From an uncultured Gammaproteobacteria bacterium (GTDB taxonomy: Bacteria > Pseudomonadota > Gammaproteobacteria > JAURND01), in assembly GCA_963714975.1 (NCBI GenBank), contig CAVQQD010000002.1:1152001-1216000 (forward strand): a stretch of DNA of 64,000 bases, given 5' to 3'. The notes beneath the pieces are model-generated. The model saw nothing but the letters and a program-made list of their open reading frames with translations, ran no database searches and had not been told where the DNA came from. The translations under genes and the position numbers were made by a program. Shown here one piece after another: positions 1-9,577 of the stretch (positions are counted from its first letter, which is position 1; each line of letters begins with the position of its first letter).

Positions 1-332
1 GAGGGCGTACCACCTGAAGTGACCCGTTCATCTATGCATTGAACCCCCACTCCAAGATCAACTGCTGACTGTAATTTAGATAAAGCTGATTCAATCTCTG
101 GATTGGGCTTGAGTACAGCACCCAGGCCAATTAAGTACTCCACCTCACAACAAAAACCGTACGCTAGTTCCTTAGGGATCGGTTCTCGATTCGACAGGAT
201 TTTGGAATGCTTCTCCAAGTCCTGGAAAGCACCCCCATCCTGAATTAGCACATCCCAATGAGAACCTTGAGACTTTTTAATAGCCTCATAGCACTCCTGC
301 ACCAGCTTGTACTCGATAGTTTGCTCACGCAT
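1..332 (-). CDS. Partial hypothetical protein, fourth paralogue of the tandem family (runs off left edge)
   Basis: Manual translation from ATG at 332: MREQTIEYKLVQECYEAIKK..., open to the window edge. Matches the family motif IEFRLIEECYKAI / IDLQYITSCYTAI / IAFQLVTDCYLGF. Not in the ORF track. Confidence 0.65.
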   Translation of the reverse strand, partial: MREQTIEYKLVQECYEAIKKSQGSHWDVLIQDGGAFQDLEKHSKILSNREPIPKELAYGFCCEVEYLIGLGAVLKPNPEIESALSKLQSAVDLGVGVQCIDERVTSGGTP

Positions 333-432
333 AGATTATTTCCTACATCGCCCTCGATTTTTTAGGTCGTCTTAGATTTCACCATCGTAGACCGCTCTAG
401 CTTCCCCTTGCTGTGAACTGCGGCGTCAGCCC

Positions 433-1770
433 CTAATTACCGGTTGGGGAAATCCGGTAGCCGTCATTACTGCTGTCAGTGTCGGGAAAGGAGCCGCTCA
501 CATTAAAATCAGGCTCCCGAAGGATGAGGTTGACCTGAGGAGGGATGTTACCGAAGAAATCTTCTGGTGGTGAATCGTTCTCTGTTGACTGTGCTGAATC
601 ATTGTCCTGACTTGGTTTAGCAGCAGGGGAACGCTCCCTCCAAGCCCAAATTGCCAGTGTAGCAGCCAATATCAGCACCACCCCAACCGCAACTGAACCA
701 TAAATTCCCTCTGGAGTCATAAGCCTTTCTGATGCAGAGCCCGCATCCCAAATGTGCTTATTAACGAAAAATTCGGATACTGATCTATAAGCGTCAGTTC
801 CATACCTAAGATCGTAAATAGCTGTGCCCACTAAACTACAGCTAAACGAAGTTGCCATTGCGGCCAAGGTTACACCCACGGTGCCTAAAGCTACTTCGGT
901 CTTAGAATATTTCTTGCCGGATTCCTCTTGAGTTTGTTTATTATGCTTATTAAACTCCCCTATAATATGTTGGTTAAGCTCCGAAGCGCTCATTTTAGGG
1001 TCCGAATTACCTATTAAATTGCTTGCACTTGAATCATTAAAAGCACTATTGAAAGTGCTTGCCGATCCTAAATTACTAACATCATTACTGCCAAGACTTT
1101 CACGACTAGCACCCCCCTGCCCTAAACTAGACAAATTATTGCTCTGCTGTGGTGCAGCAGTAGGGGAACGCTTCCAGAAACCCCAAAACCGGGAGGCGCC
1201 ATCACCCTGATTTACATTTATCTTGGGCTTGATAAAGCTTTTATTAATAGCCGCCGCTAAAAGTCTGAAACTCTCTTTTGTCTTTTCTGCCCAATCAGCT
1301 GTAAAGCATGACTCCTGCATGAGACTTCTAACACTAAGATAAAAACCATTCGCTACGGTTACCTCGACTTTTTCAGACTCTATATCTTGCGCATTTTTAG
1401 GCAGGTAGTCATAACGAATATTGTGATAAAGAACCTTTACACTGTTGGCTGCAGTGTTTTGCTTACATAAATCTTCCCAATAATTTTCTCCCAAATTTTT
1501 CTCTTTAGCAGTAGCGTTTATATACGTAGTGATTGCTTTGTAGCATTCCTCTATTAACCGGAACTCTATTTTAGGAGTACTATCATTTGATTTATCCTCG
1601 GGTTGTGCTTGGGGTTGCTGATCATTTGAGTCGCCAAAACTATCCGATAACTCGTGTTTTACACCACTACTGTTATCACTAGAAAAGTTACTACCACTAC
1701 CATTTTGCTTAGATTCATTAGTAACAACACTTCCATTATCATCCAAGGGATTTGTTAGTTGATCAGCCAT
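433..1770 (-). CDS. Hypothetical two-TM membrane protein, tandem paralogue, candidate secreted effector
   Basis: 445-aa ORF with S/N-rich low-complexity segments and a C-terminal TM hairpin. Motifs SVSEFF..IWDA.S and EGIYGSVA.GVV are shared with neighbours. Confidence 0.8.
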   Translation of the reverse strand: MADQLTNPLDDNGSVVTNESKQNGSGSNFSSDNSSGVKHELSDSFGDSNDQQPQAQPEDKSNDSTPKIEFRLIEECYKAITTYINATAKEKNLGENYWEDLCKQNTAANSVKVLYHNIRYDYLPKNAQDIESEKVEVTVANGFYLSVRSLMQESCFTADWAEKTKESFRLLAAAINKSFIKPKINVNQGDGASRFWGFWKRSPTAAPQQSNNLSSLGQGGASRESLGSNDVSNLGSASTFNSAFNDSSASNLIGNSDPKMSASELNQHIIGEFNKHNKQTQEESGKKYSKTEVALGTVGVTLAAMATSFSCSLVGTAIYDLRYGTDAYRSVSEFFVNKHIWDAGSASERLMTPEGIYGSVAVGVVLILAATLAIWAWRERSPAAKPSQDNDSAQSTENDSPPEDFFGNIPPQVNLILREPDFNVSGSFPDTDSSNDGYRISPTGN

Positions 1771-1872
1771 AAATTATCTCTCTCAATACTTATATTCTAA
1801 GAAAAATATCACCTACTATTTTTCGCCTTACAGCCTTCGCTGTTCCTGCACAAAATAAACTTAATAGCTTGT

Positions 1873-1904
1873 ATATTACCAAACCAGGCTTAATAAACTA
1901 TTAA
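1873..1904 (-). promoter_or_regulatory. PmrA-type box (TTAA-N7-TTAA) plus -10 element
   Basis: Minus strand gTTAAtagtttaTTAA, then 11 nt, then TAATAT. Same geometry as the Legionella/Coxiella PmrA element. Confidence 0.6.
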
Positions 1905-2040
1905 CACCCTCATTTTTCAACAAAAATACCTCTGTAGAGGACAAATACCCGGACAATAAGAGTTACGGTTCTATAAATTCTTCTGGGAGGATCAACTCGT
2001 TGAAAGAGAGAAATTGCCCAGATTAGGGAGAGGAGGAACA

Positions 2041-2958
2041 TTACTGAGGGGAACTAACTTCGCGAGCTGCAGGAGTTTCTGCTGGCTCTTCTTCCACGGG
2101 TATCGTTACCGAAGCACGCGCCACACGCCGCTCTGGAACTTGTTTAGCAGCATGGGAATGCTCTTTCCAAGCCATCCATAACAGCAACAATACCACTCCA
2201 ATCGCCACTGAACCATAAATTCCGCCTACAGTCTTAAATCCTTCCGATGCCGAGCTAGCATCCCAAATGCGGTTGTTGAAAAAATCGGATACTGAGTTAT
2301 AACCCTCGGTTTTGAATATATGATCATAAAGCTTTGTGCCTAATAAGCTAAAGCCAACCGAAGCGACCATTCCAGCAAAAGCGCTCGCAGCTACTGTGGT
2401 CTTAGGGTTTCTTTTTGCCGCGTTCTTAGTCGCATTTAACTTTTTACAAAACCAGGACATGGAGGACGCCTTGGGGTCTCGAGAATCTGCAGAGAGATTT
2501 TGACTATCCTGCTTTTCCTCTGCCTGGTTGTTGTTGCTGTTATTAATAGCCTGCCGTAATACTTCTATCTTCTTTTTTACCGCTTCAGTGATGTCTGTTC
2601 TATCCTCCACTAATGAATCTGCGTCCTCCAAAAAGTCCTCCGCTGCACCTACGTCAACTTTTTTAGACTTTCCAAAGCGTGTCGTAATGTCTTCATAGCT
2701 ACTTTGCAAACTACGGACATCCCCACCCTTATCCTCCAATAATTTATTCCAAGCCTTTTGGTTACCAGCTATCCCCTTTACAATAGCAGTATAGCAACTC
2801 GTTATATACTGCAAGTCTATGGTAGCATTACCCGTTGATATGTAATTATTAAATGGTGCAGCACTTACCCCTGAGACGGTACTAGCAGCTGAGCCTGTAC
2901 GCGACCTTACACTACTTCCAAACTGTGATTGTGGTTCTTCCTCAGATTCACTTCCCAT
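2041..2958 (-). CDS. Hypothetical two-TM membrane protein, tandem paralogue
   Basis: 305-aa ORF with shared C-terminal motifs (SLLGT.LYD, SVSDFF, IWDASS, GIYGSVAIGVV) and a Glu-rich C-terminal tail. Confidence 0.8.
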   Translation of the reverse strand: MGSESEEEPQSQFGSSVRSRTGSAASTVSGVSAAPFNNYISTGNATIDLQYITSCYTAIVKGIAGNQKAWNKLLEDKGGDVRSLQSSYEDITTRFGKSKKVDVGAAEDFLEDADSLVEDRTDITEAVKKKIEVLRQAINNSNNNQAEEKQDSQNLSADSRDPKASSMSWFCKKLNATKNAAKRNPKTTVAASAFAGMVASVGFSLLGTKLYDHIFKTEGYNSVSDFFNNRIWDASSASEGFKTVGGIYGSVAIGVVLLLLWMAWKEHSHAAKQVPERRVARASVTIPVEEEPAETPAAREVSSPQ

Positions 2959-3062
2959 AAGTTACCTCTCTACAATGCTTATATCTAAGAAAAATACCAC
3001 CTGTTATTTTTCGCCTTAGAGCCTTCGCCATATCTGCACAAAAATAGGCTTCAATAGCTTGT

Positions 3063-3094
3063 ATATTACCAAAAAATTCTTAAAAAACTCTTAA
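3063..3094 (-). promoter_or_regulatory. PmrA-type box plus -10 element
   Basis: Minus strand gTTAAgagttttTTAA-N11-TAATAT. Confidence 0.6.
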
Positions 3095-3120
3095 CGTCCC
3101 CCATTTTTTCAACAAAAAAC

Positions 3121-3335
3121 TCTATAGGGACAAAAATAATCTCTCCTTTGGAAAAGGGAGGTTAGGGATTTAAAGAAGCAGCTCTCCGTCATCCCGAGGA
3201 ACTTGCGACGAGGGATCTCCATGCCAGTTGCATGGAAATCCCTCGCTTCACTCGGGATGACGAGGACCCTTTCTTTTTAAATTCCCCTTAATCCCCCATT
3301 TTCAAAGGGGGAAATTATTTTTGTCCCCTACAAGA
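3121..3335. repeat. Composite REP-like palindromic element
   Basis: Outer inverted repeats (tagggacaaaaataat / attatttttgtccccta), CCTTTGGAAAAGGG-type hairpins, and an inner GTCATCCCGAG...CTCGGGATGAC palindrome. Confidence 0.75.
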
Positions 3336-3366
3336 GCAAAAATACCCGGAAAATAAAGGTTAAGCC

Positions 3367-4266
3367 CTATAAATTTCTACCGGGAGGGTCTATTCCTGGC
3401 AGAAGACCCTCACTCTCCCGATTTATTTCATCATTTACTTCTGTCTTACCTTGCTTAGCATGAAAACGATCCCTAAGAGCCCAAGCTGCCAGCATCAGCC
3501 CCAGCAACACCACCACCCCACCGCCAACTGAACCATAAATTCCCTCCACGGTGTTAAATCTACCTAATCTCGAACTTGCATCCCAAATGCTATTGTTGCA
3601 GAAAAACTCAGATACTGACTTATAGGCCTCAGTTCCATGATGAAGATCATACAGGTAGGTGCCTAATAAGCTAAAACCAACTGAAGCTCCCATTGCAACC
3701 AAAGTGCCGCTCAAGGTGCTCACCGCTACTTTGGCCTTAGGAGAATTTTTGAAGGCATTGGCTGCTTGGTTTACTTTGTTTTTAAAAACCTCACACATGG
3801 AGTAAGTATTAGGGCGTGCAACCAAATCTTCATTATTTGAGCTAAAACTAGACCTTTTACTGTCACTATTACTGTAGCAGAAATCGCTCTCATAATTTGG
3901 ATTCCCTCTTTTAATAGCGGCATATAGCTCGCTTAAAGGGTTTAGCCATCCATTAGTTGGAGAAATTGCTCCACTTTTCGCGAAATTAGCTGCAGCTTTT
4001 TCAAATTGCTCTGCTGACGTTACCTCGACCTCTTTCGAATTGCCAAGTTGACCTGTAAGACCTTTATAAAGACCACGTAATCTATCGGCATGCGGATCAT
4101 AGTTTGGATTTGTAAATCCATTTTCCTCATGCCAGCATATTGCTTCCAAATTATCATCCCCACCTATAGCTTCTTTAAAGCCTAGATAGCAATCCGTTAC
4201 AAGCTGAAAGGCTATTTTTGGGCTGCCATCACTTGAATCACTCTCTCGTCGTACTTGGTCACCCAT
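3367..4266 (-). CDS. Hypothetical two-TM membrane protein, tandem paralogue
   Basis: 299-aa ORF with the same family motifs. Confidence 0.8.
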   Translation of the reverse strand: MGDQVRRESDSSDGSPKIAFQLVTDCYLGFKEAIGGDDNLEAICWHEENGFTNPNYDPHADRLRGLYKGLTGQLGNSKEVEVTSAEQFEKAAANFAKSGAISPTNGWLNPLSELYAAIKRGNPNYESDFCYSNSDSKRSSFSSNNEDLVARPNTYSMCEVFKNKVNQAANAFKNSPKAKVAVSTLSGTLVAMGASVGFSLLGTYLYDLHHGTEAYKSVSEFFCNNSIWDASSRLGRFNTVEGIYGSVGGGVVVLLGLMLAAWALRDRFHAKQGKTEVNDEINRESEGLLPGIDPPGRNL

Positions 4267-4368
4267 AAAATATTTCCACCCAAATCGCTTTTCATATGCT
4301 CTAAATCTACAAGAACACCTGCTATCCTGCTCTTTGTGCTGTTAGTTTTAAGCCTAAAATAAGCTTCT

Positions 4369-4400
4369 ATTTTACCAAACCAGGCTTAATAAACTCTTAA
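4369..4400 (-). promoter_or_regulatory. PmrA-type box plus -10 element
   Basis: Minus strand gTTAAgagtttaTTAA-N11-TAAAAT. Confidence 0.6.
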
Positions 4401-4586
4401 CACTAGGGATTTTTCAAGCGAAATACTCTGTAGGGGACAAAAATAATCCCTCCCTTGACTAATTTGTTTGGAACAAATTAGCCACGCGAAGCGACCCAAT
4501 TGCTGCTTCTTGACAAGCTCAGAAAAAAGGTAAAAAATTCGTTATCAACAACCAGGCTGCTTGTAAAAAATTTCCTATAAGGAGGA

Positions 4587-5927
4587 ATGTCGGCTATGAC
4601 TAGTGAAGCTTACTCCACTGCGTACAAAGAGGTATATACCACTAACGAGGTGTACACCACTACTTACAACTATGTAGTCACTTTCTATCCTCGTTGGTTT
4701 ACGTTTATGCAGTCTCTCGGCCCAGCGAACCGGTTAATTGGCCCCAACCGGATCAGTCCGCTGTACCACGCTGTGGTAGCCATTAACGATGACACGGTAT
4801 ACGCCAGTGCCTTCATCTCCATTACTGACGAGCCCATTATTGTCAGAATACCTCACACGACCGACAACTATTCCGTGTTGCAGCTTGACCAGTACGGTGA
4901 CGTGTTCGAGGGTATACCTGGCAATACCCCGGGCTTGTTCGCGTTGGTCCTACCGAACTGGAACGGCACGCTGCCTCACGAAGTGGCCCATATCGTCCGC
5001 ATCCCCTATATGCACAGCGTTCTGATAGTCCGCGCCGATAAATACGTCAAAGACCAAAATGGCAACTATCACGACATGCGCGCCGAAGCCGATCGGTTCC
5101 GCCGCAACATAAGTATTGGGACGCTTAGCGAATTTCTCTCCAGACAGATGACACCTACCCTGATCGCCCCGGAGCTGCTCTTCTCCGTACCCTACAAAGC
5201 CGTTGCTGTTCACATGATTGGCAATGAGCCGCTGTCTTTCCTGCACCTGTTACAGATGTCCGTGTTGTCTCCCAAAACCAACACGCTCACTCCCGATGAG
5301 CAGGAGCTTTCTGGTGCTTTCAACCAATGCTTTAGTAATCCGGCCAATTACTCGCAAATGACCGCTGCTGTTCAGGCGGCCCACGCTGACATTGATAACG
5401 ACTACCTCACCAAAACAATTGGCGGAACAACTTGGATCCATTTCAGCAACATTGGTGAATGGCTGGATCCACCGCAATACCTCGATCGCTCTGCCATTAC
5501 TGATTACATACAGTATGGAAACAACATTCAGGCGGCCGCTTACTACCATTCTTTCAACGACACCCATGGCAATCAGCTCGATGGCAGCAAACATAGCTAT
5601 ACTCTGAGATTTTCCAAGGACCAGATACCCGACGTTTCGCGCTTCTGGTCCGTAACGGCTTACCTTCCCCTTGGAATCGAGTTGGTACCGAACTCAGCCG
5701 ACAAATACGTCGTGGCCAGCTACACGCCCGAACTGGTTCTGGACGCTGATGGCTGCTCCATCACAATCTACATGTCGGTGACAAAGCCCGAGTCAGTTCC
5801 GCAGCCGAATTGGCTGCCGATTCCACCAGGGCCGTTCAATATCTTACTGCGAGCGTATGGCCCCGGACGCGACATCCAGAACAACCGATACATTCCGCCG
5901 CCAATCAATCCTGCGCCGATGATTTGA
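4587..5927 (+). CDS. DUF1254/DUF1214 family protein
   Basis: NDDTVYASA, G..LDG...YTLRF, FWSVTAY, NWLPIP.GPF..LLRAYGP motifs; AGGAGG RBS. Confidence 0.85.
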   Translation: MSAMTSEAYSTAYKEVYTTNEVYTTTYNYVVTFYPRWFTFMQSLGPANRLIGPNRISPLYHAVVAINDDTVYASAFISITDEPIIVRIPHTTDNYSVLQLDQYGDVFEGIPGNTPGLFALVLPNWNGTLPHEVAHIVRIPYMHSVLIVRADKYVKDQNGNYHDMRAEADRFRRNISIGTLSEFLSRQMTPTLIAPELLFSVPYKAVAVHMIGNEPLSFLHLLQMSVLSPKTNTLTPDEQELSGAFNQCFSNPANYSQMTAAVQAAHADIDNDYLTKTIGGTTWIHFSNIGEWLDPPQYLDRSAITDYIQYGNNIQAAAYYHSFNDTHGNQLDGSKHSYTLRFSKDQIPDVSRFWSVTAYLPLGIELVPNSADKYVVASYTPELVLDADGCSITIYMSVTKPESVPQPNWLPIPPGPFNILLRAYGPGRDIQNNRYIPPPINPAPMI

Positions 5928-5975
5928 GCTAGGATGGCAGAAAGTTTTAATCCTAAACTCATAAATGACGGGGTC

Positions 5976-6626
5976 TTACGGCACGATGGATAAGGATTCA
6001 AATTTGGCAATCATGCGTTGCCTTAATGCGGCCAGCAAATTTGGATCAGCCTTGGCAGGTGAGCCCGCATCAAAGGGCGGCATGGGATCGTATTCGACAG
6101 CCAATTGTAAGGTTTTGGCAACATTTTCTCCTGAAATTTTAGCAGCCAAGATTAAGGCCATATCGATGCCTGCGGATACGCCTGCTGCTGTTATGATTTT
6201 TCCCGATTCAACAACGCGTTCAGTGGTAGGAATTGCGCCAAAAATAGCTAAACGGTCCATCACGGCCCAGTGTGTCGTTGCTTTTTGCCCCAATAAAATG
6301 CCAGCTGCACCTAAAATAAGGCTGCCGGTACATACTGAAGTTGTCCAGGTTGTACTGCCATGGATGGCACGAATCCAGTCTAAAACTTCGGGATATTGTT
6401 GTAATGTGGTCGCTTTACCCCCTCCTGGAATTAACAGCACATCAGCACTTGATACATCCGCAATAGCAACCTCAGCCTGTAGAATCAAGCCAGAATCGGT
6501 ATGAATAGCCCCTGGGGTTTGCGCAGCCAATTTAACTGATGCGCCTGGCAAACGATTAAGAATTTCATGAGGGCCGATGGCGTCTAGGGCAGTCATGCCT
6601 TGATAGAATAAAAATACAATCTGCAT
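5976..6626 (-). CDS. DJ-1/PfpI family protein (isonitrile hydratase-like)
   Basis: LDAIGP.E, SVCTGSLIL, ATTHW, TAAGVSAGID, EYDP.PPF.AGSP motifs. Confidence 0.9.
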   Translation of the reverse strand: MQIVFLFYQGMTALDAIGPHEILNRLPGASVKLAAQTPGAIHTDSGLILQAEVAIADVSSADVLLIPGGGKATTLQQYPEVLDWIRAIHGSTTWTTSVCTGSLILGAAGILLGQKATTHWAVMDRLAIFGAIPTTERVVESGKIITAAGVSAGIDMALILAAKISGENVAKTLQLAVEYDPMPPFDAGSPAKADPNLLAALRQRMIAKFESLSIVP

Positions 6627-6643
6627 AGGGGAGTCTCCTTAGA

Positions 6644-7005
6644 TTATTGACTCGGTCTTTTCAATGGGCGACCTATTAACCGACCCAGCATTTGGATGGG
6701 ATAGATGCACCCACCCACCGCAGCAAAATTGACGGGCATGTGGTTAACCATATCAGCTACTTGACCCCAATGGATGGGGTGAATGCACTCCGAATATTGA
6801 ATGTAGCTGACGGCACATCGCTTGAAGTCATTCATATGGCCTATAATTTTTCTATCGATTGTTTTGCAAAAGTTTACTGTTCCGGAAAATAATACATCAA
6901 CCTGTTTAGCCCATTCTGATAAATTATGGACGCATAAAAATTCTTTGAGCAAAATGCCAATGTATTTAGGAATAGCAGTAGCACCACCCACTTCAGCATA
7001 AGGAA
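6644..7005 (-). CDS. Hypothetical protein, probably lacking its 5' end
   Basis: Open frame with protein-like composition (TIDRKIIGHMNDFK, NHMP); start unclear because it abuts the GNAT fragment. Confidence 0.4.
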
Positions 7006-7200
7006 TGCAGCTAATCGTACTTGGGTTTCGGATTCTGCAACACTCGGTTTTTTCGTTGCCCAATCCATCCACTGGGAAAGGGTAGCAAATGACTCTAGAA
7101 TGGCAGCATTAAGCACAGCTCCATCGCCTGGGGCGGGTGGCCGAATGATGAAGCGTGGCGTTGTGATGGGCATAGGTAAATCCACTAGAATCGGTTGCAC
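7006..7200 (-). pseudogene. N-terminal fragment of a RimJ/RimL-type GNAT acetyltransferase
   Basis: PILVDLPMPITTPRFIIRPP.PGDG..LNAAILESF..L..WM.WA is the typical N-terminus; similarity stops after about 65 aa. Confidence 0.65.
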
Positions 7201-7289
7201 AGGATATCCTCGTTAATTTAGTCTGTGGTATTATAAATTAATAGCAATTGACTGGGTACTATTACTGACTGCGTACAAGAGATAATCGA

Positions 7290-8183
7290 ATGACCAAAAT
7301 GCACCCCAATGAATTGACTATAGATGCTGCCTTAGTTAATGCCCTGCTTCAGCATCAATGCCCACAATGGGCTCATTTACCACTCACTACAATCCCTTCT
7401 ACCGGCACTGACCATGCTTTATTTCGTTTAGGCTGTGATTATTTGGTACGTTTGCCACGAATTGACTGGGCAGTAACCTCTATCGATCAGGAATATGAAT
7501 TGCTGCCACAAATCGCCACTTACTTAACAACACCGATTTTCACTCCTATGTTTAAAGGCCATGCAACGTCTGTTTATCCCTGGCCTTGGCTTATTGCTAA
7601 GTGGCATGAAGGCCATAATCCTGAAGCCGAAAAAACCAACGAGTATGCCGCTTTGGCCCAAGACTTGGCAGGTTTTCTCAACCAATTTCATGCAATTCCA
7701 CTTACATCAGGCCCAGCTTCACGTCGCGGAGTTCCTTTAAGCCATCTCAATGCAGACACTCAGAAAGCCATAAATCAATTACGTGGCGAAATAGATGTAC
7801 TTGCTGTTATGGATTTATGGCACGAATTAATGGCAACACCGCAGTGGCAACAAAAATCTGTCTGGGTACATGGTGATTTTTTGCCTGGTAATATTTTGGT
7901 ACAACACAATCGTTTAAGTGCAGTTATTGATTTTACCGACCTTGGGGTAGGTGATCCAGCTTGTGATTTAGTGATTGCTTGGAGTCTGTTAAATTCCCAA
8001 TCAAGAAATTTATTTAGAAATTGTCTAGCACATGTCGATCACAACACGTGGGCAAGAGGCAAAGCTTGGGCACTATCGATCGCGCTCATTATGTTGCCGT
8101 ATTACAAAAATAGTAGTCCGGCATTGGCACAACTCGCTAGACGCATGATCAATCAAGTGTTAAGCGACCAAGACGAGCAATGA
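7290..8183 (+). CDS. Aminoglycoside phosphotransferase (APH) family protein
   Basis: HGDFLPGNIL, VIDF, GDPACDL motifs; GTDHALFRLG..YLVRLPR N-terminus. Confidence 0.9.
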   Translation: MTKMHPNELTIDAALVNALLQHQCPQWAHLPLTTIPSTGTDHALFRLGCDYLVRLPRIDWAVTSIDQEYELLPQIATYLTTPIFTPMFKGHATSVYPWPWLIAKWHEGHNPEAEKTNEYAALAQDLAGFLNQFHAIPLTSGPASRRGVPLSHLNADTQKAINQLRGEIDVLAVMDLWHELMATPQWQQKSVWVHGDFLPGNILVQHNRLSAVIDFTDLGVGDPACDLVIAWSLLNSQSRNLFRNCLAHVDHNTWARGKAWALSIALIMLPYYKNSSPALAQLARRMINQVLSDQDEQ

Positions 8184-8197
8184 TATTTGGGTACTAA

Positions 8198-9238
8198 ATG
8201 ATGCTGACAAAACCCGCACTGAAGGATGAAGAAATTGTCAGATGCATAAAGAATGCGTATGGATTGACCCTAGAAAAAATCTCTTTCTTGCCGCTTGGCG
8301 CTGATTTCAATACGGCCGTTTATCGCGTTACAACAAGCAGCAAAGTGGATTATTTTTTGAAGTTACGGCGCAGAGAATTTTTTGATGCTGCAGTATCGGT
8401 TCCTAAATATTTAGCTGACATTGGTCTCAAATCAGTGATCCCACCTCTCGCAACCAGGATAGAGCAATTTTGGACAAGCTTGGCATCCTTTAAAGCGATT
8501 CTCTACCCTTATGTAGAGGGGCGTAATTGCATAGAAGCAAAATTATCAGACCAGCAGTGGATTGAATTTGGCACAAGCCTTAAAAAATTTCACAGCACCG
8601 ATATTCCTAGCGCAATAACAAAAGACGTATCACAAGAAACATTCTCCCCTAAATGGCGAGAGATGGTAAAGACGTTCCTTAACTGCATTGAAAATAAGGT
8701 GTTCGAAGAGCCTGTTGCCGCTAAAATGGCATTGTTCCTTCAATCCAAAAGTAGCGAAATACTTAAACTTATCAGGCGCACTGAAAATCTTGCCTACTTA
8801 CTGAAAAAACAGCCTATCGAGTTTATTTTATGCCACGCGGACATTCATGGATGGAACTTGCTTATTGATCAAGAAGGCGCGATGTATATGGTCGACTGGG
8901 ATACGCTTATTTTTGCCCCTAAAGAACGCGATCTTATGTTCATTGGCGCTGGCATTGGAGACAGCGGGCGTACGCCGCTTGAGGAGGAAGCACTATTTTA
9001 CCAGGGATATGGCAAAGCAAATATCAATCAGACTGCGGTTGCATACTATCGCTATGAACGCGTTATCGAGGATATCGGGGAGTATTGCAAGTAAATTTTT
9101 CTATCTGACGAAGGCGGTGCAGACCGTATACAGTCGTTCGAATATTTGCAATCCAATTTTCTGTCGAACGGGCCAATAGAGAGAGCTTATCAGGCCGACA
9201 AAGGATTAACAGCTATTCAGTGTAACGGCCTGTTATGA
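8198..9238 (+). CDS. APH(9)/spectinomycin phosphotransferase-like protein with a premature stop at 9092-9094
   Basis: FLPLGAD, YFLKL, LCHADIHGWN, VDWD..IFAPKERDLMFIG motifs. The same frame continues after TAA (IFLSDEGGADRIQSFEYL...) to TGA at 9238. Confidence 0.8.
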
Positions 9239-9337
9239 TTCATTATTAGTCAATACACATTGTTCGAAAACGAACAAATTAACGATTAAAAAATGGCTAA
9301 AGTCCGGTATATGTAATCATTTTAGCACCTATATGGC

Positions 9338-9577
9338 TTGATTATCACTCTATTATCAGAGTTATTCCCAGCTAAAATTCGTAATACGGGCGCTGCATTG
9401 AGTTATAATGTTTCGCTTGGTATATTTGGTGGTACAGCGCCATTAGTTGCAATTAGCTTCACACATGCCCTGCACAGTGGATTTGCACCTGGCATATATT
9501 TGATTTTTGGCGCCTTGGTGTCGGGGGGGGGGGGGTGTCTATTCTTAAAGAAGGGAGACTTTTTAAATGTTGGTTGA
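9338..9577 (+). pseudogene. C-terminal fragment of an MFS (ProP-like) transporter
   Basis: ELFPAKIRNTG..LSYN....IFGGTAP motif; the rest of the gene is absent. Confidence 0.75.

Noticed and set aside
9523-9535. G13 homopolymer as a phase-variation tract
   Set aside because: It lies in a gene fragment, and homopolymer length is unreliable in this assembly.
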